Assembly (NCBI RefSeq): GCF_000181795.1
Contig: NW_003526941.1
Location: forward strand, 3,312,178 to 3,376,177
Direction: 5' to 3'
Length of the DNA stretch: 64,000 nucleotides
Source: Trichinella spiralis
Lineage: Eukaryota
Shown here piece after piece: positions 51,171-64,000 of this stretch. Under the pieces are notes generated by a model. The model was not told the origin of the DNA. It ran no database searches and saw nothing but the letters and a program-made list of their open reading frames with translations. Both the position numbers and the translations under genes were made by a program. Within the stretch, counting starts at the first letter, position 1. Each line of letters opens with the position of its first letter.

Positions 51171-53225
51171 TTTTATTACTTTTTATTATTTATATACACA
51201 CACAAGCATATATTACATCATTTTATTTTATTATTATTTTCCTTTTTTGACTTGGCACTGTTCACCCAGTGTGTTCATTGGTGTCCACTTCTTCTACTTC
51301 TTCTATCGACCAAGGTTGGTTAATTGTGCAGAATAAGGCTTTCATTCCTTTGTTTCTCTCATTTCATTTCTTTTATTATTTATGCTTGTTTTCTACTTTC
51401 AATCTGTTCGATCAATCATCATTAGTCTTCAATTTTGTTTTTCCATATATTATGTTTATTCCTCTTTTATAAGCAGTTTTCTTTCTGTTTTCTTCCATCT
51501 ATCGTCGTTATTTTTTTTAATTATTATTTATCGACATTAATTTTTCTTTTCATCAACCACATATATGTTTCTCATAAGCGATTTTTGGAATCCTCTCAAG
51601 ACGAAAAATAACATGAATCATTATTTTTTCCTTTTTTAATTCACATTTATTTTTGGTTTTTTGGTTGGTCGATTTTTTGTTTCTTTTTTCTTGACGGTGA
51701 ATAATAATCAGTTTCACCTGGACGATTGTATTTATTATTAATTTTTATTTCATTTTACTTGTTATCGGACCGGATGATCAATCATTTCATCTTCAAATGA
51801 CAATCTTGCTAACTTAACGCTCTGTTTTTCCTTATCTTCTCTGTCTCCTATTTTGTCTTGCGGATACTTTTTTGTCCAGTAAAAAATTCACTTGGTTGAA
51901 AATTTTTCTGAATATTTATTGCTTTTGTTTCAGAAAATTATTTAATTAATTAATTAATAATTTTCATAGATTTTTAATTTCATCTGCAAACGAAACTGCG
52001 GGCGTTTTCGATCAGCAGATGCAAATTTTAATATAAATGCATTTAATTATTTTGACGACAACAATTGTGGGGAAGTGTTTTACTGATTTTTCATACATTC
52101 ATTTATTTATGTGTTATATTTATTAACAATTTATTTCGAATTTTATTTATTCACTGTTAATTTCTTCAAGCTGCAGCTATTATCATATTCAGCTGTTAGT
52201 TCAGGAGTTGTAGTTCTTCAATGTTGGGCTTGTAGTTGAATTGAAAATCCAAATTAGAAAAATTGCATTTGATGTATGAATATATTTATTTTTATTCCTG
52301 TTCTAAACTTCATTCATTTTATTAATTTTATTTTTATGCATTGCATGTTAAGTTTTCGATGTCATGTCTACTACAGTACGTTAGAAATTGATGTGCAAGT
52401 AGTTTTCAGCAGAATGACAAATTTTACAAAAATCTCATCTCAACTCCGTGAAAATGTACAGTACTATTTGGTAGTGAAAAGCAAAATAAAAAGAGCAGAT
52501 ACTGAAAGGCGATGAAGTGAAAAAAAGAATTCCTAGCATTCATTTTAGTTATTTTATCATGTGAAACTTTTAAGTATTCTTTTTCTTGAAGATTAAGGGC
52601 AAATTGAAATGCTGAAATGCACATGATTTGTAAATTGTTAATTACGTCTGCGTCTAGCAATTCGATACGAGAACTGAGTGTTTGTCACATTTACAGTTTC
52701 GAGTAAAGTTTGCAAATGTTTCTGCATTTTTTCTTCTTTTGCATTTTTGAAGTTTTTTACAGTGTTGCAATTTTACTGACTAATTTTTCTTGCTTGGCGA
52801 AGGATGTGAGCGTAAAATGAGCTAGATGGAAACTTTGATTTTTTATTCGTTTTTTCTTTATATTCTAGATTTTTCTTAAAAATATTTTTCATTTCCACAG
52901 TTATGAGTAGTTTCTTTTTGAGAAATAATGCAATACTATTTATTTTTTATTTTTATTTTGTCTGTTGTAGCATTATTGTCTGAGAATAATAAATCGGCAT
53001 CTGAATTCAACAAGAAATATTAATTTCACGAATTTGCCGAACTTTTTGAAAAGTTGCACCATCACATAACTTGTGGCATTACATGGAGTTTTGTTTTAAG
53101 TATGTCATTTGTGTATTTTGAGAACGAGCGTGCTTGAGAGATCAACCGAGGCGCAAAAGTTTGGTCGTCCCGAGCGAAAGAAAGTGCAATAATTAATAAC
53201 TGAAGGTTCGTCACAGTGCGAAAGC

Positions 53226-55606
<2,381 letters not shown>

Positions 55607-56226
55607 TGATAGAAGCTAATAGCAGAGATAACCTGCATACAAATGAGAGAGAGAGAGAGAGAGAGGGAGGGAGATACAAATAGTACAAATGGAAGCAGCG
55701 GTTGTGAATTTGATTTCGAGGGAAGAATAATAAAATACCACTGACAACAAACTGAGGAGATGCTAGTGGTACTACTGGTTTATGCTAGTTCGTTGATGAT
55801 TTTCGTCTGTTGCTCTTTCTCTCATCCCAGTTTTAACAGAGACGAGTGCATCAGGCCAGTCAGTGTCGGGTCAGTAGGGAATACGGGCCAGCTGACTGGA
55901 CGGTTATCCCACAGAAATAAATAAATAGGTGTCATTTATAGAAGAAATAAGAGGTGCATTGCTTAATGGTGCTAACCACCTCGGGTGCAATTGAGCCAAC
56001 TGATCAGAACGATTCTTTCGGGACACCTATTATTGTGCAGTTGTTCACAACTGATTGCAGCTGTTCCTGTTGCCTCAGCTTTTTCGGGTAACCGACATGA
56101 CGGCGGCCGACTGACCTGAACAGTCTAGAAGAGCATCTTGCTCCTCATCCTGCAAAAGGGCACCTAAATCCAGGCCGCTGGAGCGCGGTTGCAGCAAAAA
56201 CGTTGTTACTGAAACCGGCGCATACA

Positions 56227-56242
56227 AGGTCAACCTAGTTCA
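56227..56242 (+). promoter_or_regulatory. DR4-type nuclear receptor response element candidate
   Basis: AGGTCA-ACCT-AGTTCA, 620 nt upstream of the RXR ATG at 55606, in a GC-richer non-coding island. Confidence 0.35.
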
Positions 56243-57051
56243 ACAGCTACCTAACGACCTAAGCTGAAAAAGTCGCAACCTAAAAACCAGCAGACCAAAG
56301 CAAACAGCAGGCAATTGCCAGCATCTCTTACTTATCATCACGAGTAAGTCAGTTGATTTTCCTTTTTTTCTATGAAAATCACTATTGAAAAATAATACAT
56401 CAGTAATAATAATAATGACAGTTATGTTGAATAACAGCAATTACAATAATAAGCTGTGAATGCTAAATAACATTATATGCAAATGTATAAAAGTGAACAA
56501 AAATAAATTATCAGTATATTATAATATTACTTGTTGTTGGAAAAAATGATATTGATGTTGCGTCCAATGCTACCCACTGTGTTCAGAGGCAACTTGAACA
56601 AAGGACCGGCAGAAAGTGATCTCCCTTTGACCTAAGCAATGGGAAATAGCTTTGTTGAATCAGGAAGTATTTTTTTCCGGCCTCTAAACTGACACAGTTC
56701 TCTAGCCGGTCAGGTTGAAGCATTTTCTGACAAACAGGATTTTTTTAATGACGTACAAAATGTCTTTTTAATAATATTTTTGGTGGATATACAGCCGTTG
56801 TGAAACTTTTTTCATATTTGTAATTGAAATACCAAAACTCAGCCAACTATTGTTCTATATGTTTAAATTTAGTTCTCTTTTGAAATTTAATATATAAAAT
56901 CTTATTCAATTTTTATCACCTATCAACAGTTTGATCAAGGACAGACAAACACACCACTAGCATTAGCTATTATTGGAAAATGAAATTTTGCGCGCGTGCG
57001 TTGAACAGGAAGAAAAGAAATTCCAACTTGTGGCATTTTTATTTCACAGAT

Positions 57052-57082
57052 CATCTATCTATCTATCTATCTATCTATCTAT
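57052..57082. repeat. (TCTA)n microsatellite
   Basis: Directly visible. Confidence 0.9.
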
Positions 57083-58461
57083 ATATCTGTTTATTTTTTT
57101 TTCATTCAATAACCGAATAATATGATGCATGCACAATAAGGAAATTAGAAATAAAAATGAACAAATTTCTAGCACAGAACACACAATAGATTAGTTGGTT
57201 TGTGGTCCTATTTAACAGTATGCAGCACAATATCATGGCAAATAATATTCAGGTTTACAGTCTTTTTTTCTAAATTATCAAAGGTTATATTTTATGTAAT
57301 TGTAAAAAGTATTTTTTTTTCTAACATGAACTGGAATAGATATTGTTGTATACATGTATGTTCCAAGATGTAATTTTAAAGAAAACAACTAATTTAATGT
57401 CACATCCATTTTGAAGTATTGTGAAGATCATTTTTCAGATTAGTTCAACCCATTGTCAGTTGTTATCTTAACATTTACATAAAATTGAAGTTGTTAATTT
57501 TTAGTAAAATGTTACTTGTTTAGAAGAGAAAATTGAAATTTTTTTATGCTCATGATGAAAATCTGTTCATTTGTAATTTTGTTCTTATTTTTCTAAACTC
57601 TAAATTTTTTATAGTCAAGTTGAACAAATAGGAAAAATTGTTAATATTTGTCACATGTCAACAGGAAGAAATTTTATGAAAGGAAGAAAATAAGCGAAAA
57701 GTGACAAACACAATTTGCATTGGAAAAATACCGGAAGTGGAGGAGGTATGTATTACTACTTTTTCTTTTTTGCTCACAAATTTTGCCCAACATTTTCTAT
57801 TATCATCAATGAACTGAGCTGAAAATAATTAGAAAACTTTGCTTGTTTCAATTTCATGCATATTTTTTTATAACATTTTGTTGTTTGATCATTTTTTTCA
57901 TTATTTTGCATATTAAATTCCAATACAGTTATTTATTTAAGGCAGTTATGTATGTAAAAGTAGAGTTGTTTAATTCTATTTTTCATTTAACGTTTCGTTG
58001 ATTTATGATTAAGTTCAAAAATAAATATCTAATAATTGATTTTGTAATTAAATTATGAACTGTTTTCTTTGAACATCAGTTCTCAATGAAAAATTTATCC
58101 CAGAAAATGTATCATTTTAGTGGAAGATGTCTCTCAGTACATCATCCTTCAATAACTGTATATATATATATATATATATACATTTATTTATTTGTTTGAT
58201 AAATGTTTCGAATGATTTGATAATTATGATAGGAAACATTTCAAGCTGATATTTTCTATCTCTACGACATTCAGAAAAGCTCAAGAAGCAAGTGAACTAT
58301 TGCATTTCAAATTTTTTAACAAATATTAAACATAATAATGCACAGTTTTTTCATTCACCCACTGCAAGCAAGTTATGATCATTTTTCACTAGACGAACTA
58401 TTAGACATAATGAATCATTATTTCTATACACTAAGGTGGACTTGTTGTTCAACTGATGATT

Positions 58462-58492
<31 letters not shown>

Positions 58493-59939
58493 GAGAGAGC
58501 GACAAGGTTATTTGCATAGTAAATTTTAAAAGAATGAATAAGGTTTGGCTTTTAAAAGGACGTTTGCGCGTGTGGCCCAAACATTTTTTACAGTAAGTAC
58601 AATGGCCTTTTTTAATATATGTTCTTAATAAAAAAAGTGGAACATTCTGTCAAAATTTCAACAAATTCACGTGTACAGTGACTAGTTTTGACCTTTTTAA
58701 TTTTTATTTCATTTTACAGAAGCACAGTGTAAATTTTATGGAAGCATTATTGTTAATTTATCATTAGCATATAATTGGACAGTTTAAATTGAATCATTGA
58801 TTCAGATGAATGAAATTTTCCTCGTAAAAACATTTATTTCATACTAATATACAGAAATGAATTGATGATAATATTGTAACGAATGAAAAGTAATTTAATT
58901 AAGACAAGGAAATTTATAAATAGGCTTCCAGTGCTTAATAAAAAATGAAAAATCATTGGCAATAATTACATTTGAATGTTTAGCATGTACTGAAAGCATT
59001 GAATTGTGTTTCAATAATTATAATCTCAATTACATTATTTGAAAATTATGCATATTAAATATTTGAAGTATATCTAAGCAACGCGTGTATACAATGTAAA
59101 CCTCACATTAATCAGTAATTAATATGCAATAACACAACTTGATATACTTTATAACTAAAGGACAACTTTGTTATATTTCCATATTTTGAAGATATGTGAT
59201 ACAGTTAATGGCATATATATATATATATATGGTCAAGCATATCATATGAAAGATATAATTTTAGAAAATTTGATAATATTTACCAGAAAGCCAATGCAAG
59301 TCATTTGGAAAAGGATTGTCATCATAGATAGACGGTGATAAGGCGGATATAAGCATGAGTGTGTTTGGTTTAAATTCGTATCCGGGAAATTCAACATCAG
59401 GCGACTCCATTGTTGTAGTGAGTATGTGATGTCTGTTGCTAATGGTGATTGTATTCGTGAGTTGATTGCAAATTTGAGCAGACTGTTAAAAAGAAAATAG
59501 TATACTAGCTGAATGTGGTTGTCTGTCAGTGAAAGTGCAGCCAACGGTGGTGGCCTGGCACGGATGGTGCGGCTCCGATGTACAAGACGGCCTACAATTT
59601 ATAGACTGGCCAATGTGCAAGGCCATCAATGTCAGCTAGATGCTTAGATGCAGGGCCGACGTGGAAGGCGGTCGATGATCGAAAGATAGTGAAAATGATG
59701 AAAAATTAAAAGAATAAGAAAAAAAGCAGAAGAAGAAGAAGAAGAAGAACTAGAAGCAGAATACCAACTCCAAGTATATCATGTTCACCGTTGAGGTGTT
59801 AGTCACTGGCTGGTACTCAGCCGACCCTGTCACAAAGCAGCACTGACCGTCAGAAAAACCCACTTCGTTCATGTCGGCATAAAAGCCAAGACTAGAATTT
59901 CCATAGCGGCCGCCGGTTCTACTTTCATACATCACTTAC

Positions 59940-59994
59940 GCAACCAGGTTTGATTACCATCATCGTCCAGTTGACCGTCCATCTGACCGGTCAT
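59940..59994 (-). CDS. Candidate distal first coding exon of RXR (MTGQMDGQLDDDGNQTWL)
   Basis: ATG at 59994, then 18 codons plus 1 nt, then donor C|GTAAGT at 59939. Phase 1 fits acceptor TTTAG|55515, giving a 1473-nt in-frame CDS. Confidence 0.4.
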
Positions 59995-60463
59995 TCATCG
60001 GTCAAATTTTAACGCTCGAATTAAATACCCCATTGGTATGTAAGTTTTTTCTTTTTCATTTGGTATATTTTTTTAATATTTAATTTCTTTTAAATTCATA
60101 GTTTTCAATTAAATGTTTAAAAATTTCTTTTCTTTAAAAGTTAGCTAAATGTACATATTTTGAATGCTACTTTCAAATATATAGTAGTGTATGTTTGTTT
60201 GATTATTTATTATTGCTATTAGGACCAAGGACATTTGTCGGCTGACCATTCGGACAATGATCTATTACCAAGCGTATCTACGTTGAGGACAACCGCAGGC
60301 TAAATAATAAACAAGTCTAAGAACTTCGGTCATTCAAATTATTTCAAGCTAACTTGCACATTTTTATCACTGAATTAAAAATATTATATTTTTATTATAA
60401 TATACCAGTGCGTAAGTATGCAGATGTGTATTTTATTTTATAATATCTGTGAAATATTTTTTT

Positions 60464-63400
60464 TTATAAATTCCGTGAATGTACTGTAGAAGATGATTGA
60501 ATGGTTATGAATGATTTTATAATTGGAAAATCGACACGATAAATCACATCTGATATGAAACACAAAAGTGCGTGCTCTCCAAGCCGTTGTAGATCGTGAA
60601 TTCCATCCATTTGATTATCCAAATCTACTTGACGAAGCATCATCTTTTTTTCTAAATCCCACAGTTGTATCGATTGTTTCTGATTGACTGCAATTAAACC
60701 ATCATCCAGGACGACAATCTGAGGAGTATCCAAACAAAAAGGTATAAATTTTTCTAGACTTTGCTTTATCTGACTAATCAATAGGCCGTCATACTTATCC
60801 CAGATCCAAATAATTTCAGACAGTGAATAGCCGACTAAAAATCTACCCGTCAGTGCTAACGCAATTTCAGCTGAACAGCCAACACAGTCACGCTGAATCC
60901 AAACGAGTCGACCAAGTTTGCACAAATTCCATGCACAGATAACACCATCCATGCAACAGCTGTATACAAACGTGTCCGTCAAACGATCAACTGCTACACT
61001 GATTACTGGTGAATTATGCCTGTGCATGCTAAATTCTACACAACCGGTGTTTAAATCGCAAACTTTCAATGTTTGATCCATACTAGCAGTGACTAATAGC
61101 GAATTGCAAACTGTCACGCAAGTTATTGTCATTTTATGGAGTTGAACTGCTTTTATTTCAGTACACTGAATTCCATGTATGTTCAAAGATGAAATTGTTT
61201 TCAACTCCATAAAATGCAGTTTTCCATCTAGCAGTGCAAGAATAAGTCGATTTCCTTGCAAAACAATTGCAGTTATTCCAACATTTGAAGGTGCAACTTG
61301 AGAAAGAATACATCCTGTTCGGTTTATGTCATACAGAGAACAAACGCCATTAGAATAGCCCAAAGCTAGAAGACTATTTTGACCACAGATGCACCATATA
61401 TCGGCTGATTTCATAAAGTTATCCCAGGGCGGTTGGATTTTATCAATAGGCTTGACCCTAAGAAGTGGTCGATTTAGTGGATGTTCTATTTGTCCGGTTC
61501 TAGAATTCCAAATGGTTACGTGATTGTCCACTGAAACGGACACTACCCGATCATTCATGGCCAGTACAGCTTTGTAGTCTACGTGTTGTTTTTGAAAAGC
61601 TTTTGGTAAGGATTCAACGAAACAATTGCTATCTGTTGTTTGTCGAGTGGGAATTTTCCACAGTGCTGGCGGACGCTTGCCGTTTTCCGCACGAACGCCG
61701 AAACAAACATAAATTATAAATATTGCAACGGTTAGGAAAATGGCGCAGGTCAGTATCAAAATGGCGGTCAGTTTCACTTCAAGCCATGAAATGCGATTGC
61801 CAAACTGTGGTTCACCGGCGGCCAGAATGTTGCCGTGTTTCACATTTTCAACGATTAATGGTTGAGCATCTCTAGCTTGACGCCTGACTGTTTGCACCAA
61901 GGAACGATTGACACGAGCTTGCAGTTCTACTGCGGGCAAAATGGTGACAAAACGTCTACTCACCGTTACTCCTTTCGATTCCAGAAGCTCAGCCCAACAG
62001 TGGAACAATTCCCAGTGAGGTTTTTCTTCTGGCAACTTTGTAGGCAAGCTTTCGCTTGGATTGAAGCATCGGTGTATACCGACGGCGAACCAAACAATCC
62101 AAACACTTATGGCTAGCATGAAAAAACGTTGGAAGTAGCGTGGTCGATTTCGACGAAGTAATTGTTCCAAGCAGTGTGGAATTGGGATTCGATGTAGAAA
62201 ATCTACTCGACTGTTAGCATCAGCGTTGATGTTCACATTCGTATCAGCATCCTTCAGACAATCATTTAGTGAATAATATTCTAAAGCAAAATGCAATAGT
62301 CATTGTTGGTAAGTTACCGTCATAATTGCTTTGAATGTAGGGAAGTATTTCCTGTAATAAAGAAGCTTTAAGCTATGATTTAAATAATTTCTAATATAAA
62401 AGAAAATATTTAAAATAACCTTGAAAAAAAGTGAGATCATTTTGAAAATTTTTTCCTTACCAAACAGTGCATTAAACGCAGCTGGAAGTAGGGACTTAAA
62501 AGCATGCTTAAACGGGCAACATACTGACGGGTAGTGATCATCAGGGTAATTTTGTATAGTATTCCTCTCACCGAACTGAGCTCGGCTTAATCGAAGTTTG
62601 TCGTTAGGCCCGAAACGAGCTAAATCAAAAGTAAGACAAGGTACGTAGAAGAACAATTGCATGTAAAAATCAACTACAAAGCCCACAAGAGCTACTGTAC
62701 AAAATTCGCTTATTTCAGGAACGTCACTGCAAAAACCGACTGCCAGTACACAAAAGCCGATTAGAAAATTTTTTGTAATCGACCATCCTTCGGATGCAAG
62801 GCCTCTGGCAAGTCGTATGTTTACTTCCAGGTGAACTGGAGTACTAACAACTGATCGAGTGATGCACAGTGTATTCTCTACGCCAACTATTAAAGCTAGA
62901 TAAGGAAACAGTTCCACCAGCCAGGTTCGACGAATCAGAGAAAAGTGACTACAAATGCCGGCTGCCATCAACAACGAGAAGGCTACTGTACATCCAGCTC
63001 CGAATGCCAATGCCCATTTGCTTTTTACCATTTCAATTTTTTGAGCACACACATACAGATATAGCAGCAAAATTATGTACGATATGAAAAGCAGCATGTA
63101 ATCCATCCATGTTTTCTTAATTTTGTATTGAACATGGATCAAGTCTGCTGCAGATTCACCTGCATCTGGTGCACTGAATTGATTGCGCAGTTGAATTAAG
63201 AAATCAGTTGTGTTCTGATCGGCAATTATCGTCAGTGCATAGCTGGAAAGTCTGATCGAATTGGGTACTCCGTAAAGCAAATCAAATTTGCAGGATCGTG
63301 TTGTTTTTATTTGTTCAAGAAAATGCCTGTCCATGAAAAAAAGTCGACGATTATGACACCAAATGCCAGTTGGAGAAAGCACCAGCAATCCTGCAGCGCT

Positions 63401-63976
63401 CTGTTCATGGCAGGTTTCCTCCTCTTTCGATGAATTAGGCAAGAGTGCTTTTATTTGATCATCAAGTTCAAATGCCATACTGTAAAAGCCACGTACTACA
63501 TCTGTCATATCTGCACCGTTGCTGTCATCATAGAGTCGAACAACAATTTGCAAAATCTGGGCAACAGGATACTTTTGATAAAGCCATGTCAGTTCATCTG
63601 GTTGCGGTGAAGCTGGCCAGCCGTGAGTTTTTACCAAAACGCAAGGTGACGGGTAAAACCAACGAACACGACTTAGTGGATATGACAACAGCAAAGCCAT
63701 GCTTAAGCTGGTTATCAACGTGGCAAATGGATGACTAGAACAGAAGCGACCATATTTGTAATATGCATGTGTAACTCGTCTTTCGAGTATTTGCCAACGT
63801 CTTCGGACCATAACGCCTTTCCGCTGCATTTCAACGCCACTTCTTTCATGAAACTGATAACAAACAGAACCTACAGATTGTTGTTTACCTGAAAACGAAG
63901 TGACAATCACGCTTTGATACTTCAAGTGATAGTAATTCATTGTTTCTCCACAGTTTTTCCGACTTCGATTATTCAT
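60464..63976 (-). CDS. SCAP: SREBP cleavage-activating protein (sterol-sensing domain + WD40 repeats), ~1060-1110 aa, 2 exons
   Basis: Exons 63976 (or the ATG at 63829)-62461 and 62280-60464, joined by a 180-nt phase-1 intron (G|GTAAGG...TTTAG|AA). N-terminal AYYKYGRFCSSHP; sterol-sensing domain YLYVCAQKIEMVKSKWALA, ELFPYLALIVGVENTLCITRSVVSTPVHLEVNIRLARGLASEGWSITKN, EFC..ALVGFVVDFYMQLFF; C-terminal WD40 repeats (HKMTITCV..LVTASMDQTLKV, SCCMDGVICAWNL). Confidence 0.93.
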
Positions 63977-64000
63977 TCATCAAGGTCAGTAAACAACAAT

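Noticed and set aside
59750..59935. 61-aa minus-strand ORF MMYESRTGG...
   Set aside because: It begins immediately after a strong splice donor, so it is probably intronic, and it has no recognisable motif or clear in-frame connection.
62300..62460. Apparent split of SCAP into two ORFs (558 aa and 610 aa), suggesting a pseudogene or frameshift
   Set aside because: A canonical 180-nt GT-AG intron (62460-62281) joins them in frame.

Overview
This is AT-rich, intron-containing animal DNA. The short (~50-90 nt) GT-AG introns with TTTCAG/TTTAG acceptors, the cmk-1-like kinase N-terminus and the presence of RXR suggest a nematode other than C. elegans, probably clade I such as Trichinella (inference). 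I assembled six protein-coding genes by hand, and every splice phase closes in frame: (1) PRRC2/BAT2-like (+, 2470-10045, 18 coding exons, ~1980 aa); (2) a ~595-aa protein with calsarcin/myozenin-synaptopodin-like motifs and an N-terminal RVxF motif (+, 12705-17646); (3) CaMKI/cmk-1 (-, 18335-22760); (4) an orphan single-pass membrane protein (+, 45229-51122); (5) RXR/USP with a divergent ligand-binding domain (-, 53226-55606, possible first exon at 59940-59994); (6) SCAP (-, 60464-63976, one intron). About 22 kb (23.3-45.2 kb) contains no convincing gene and is mostly low-complexity sequence and microsatellites. I recognised no rRNA, tRNA, CRISPR array or intact transposon. The most interesting leads are the myozenin/synaptopodin-like gene, the close SCAP-RXR tandem (possible operon), the remodelled RXR pocket and AF-2, and an upstream ORF in frame with CaMKI. 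Comparisons with reference proteins are from memory, not from searches.
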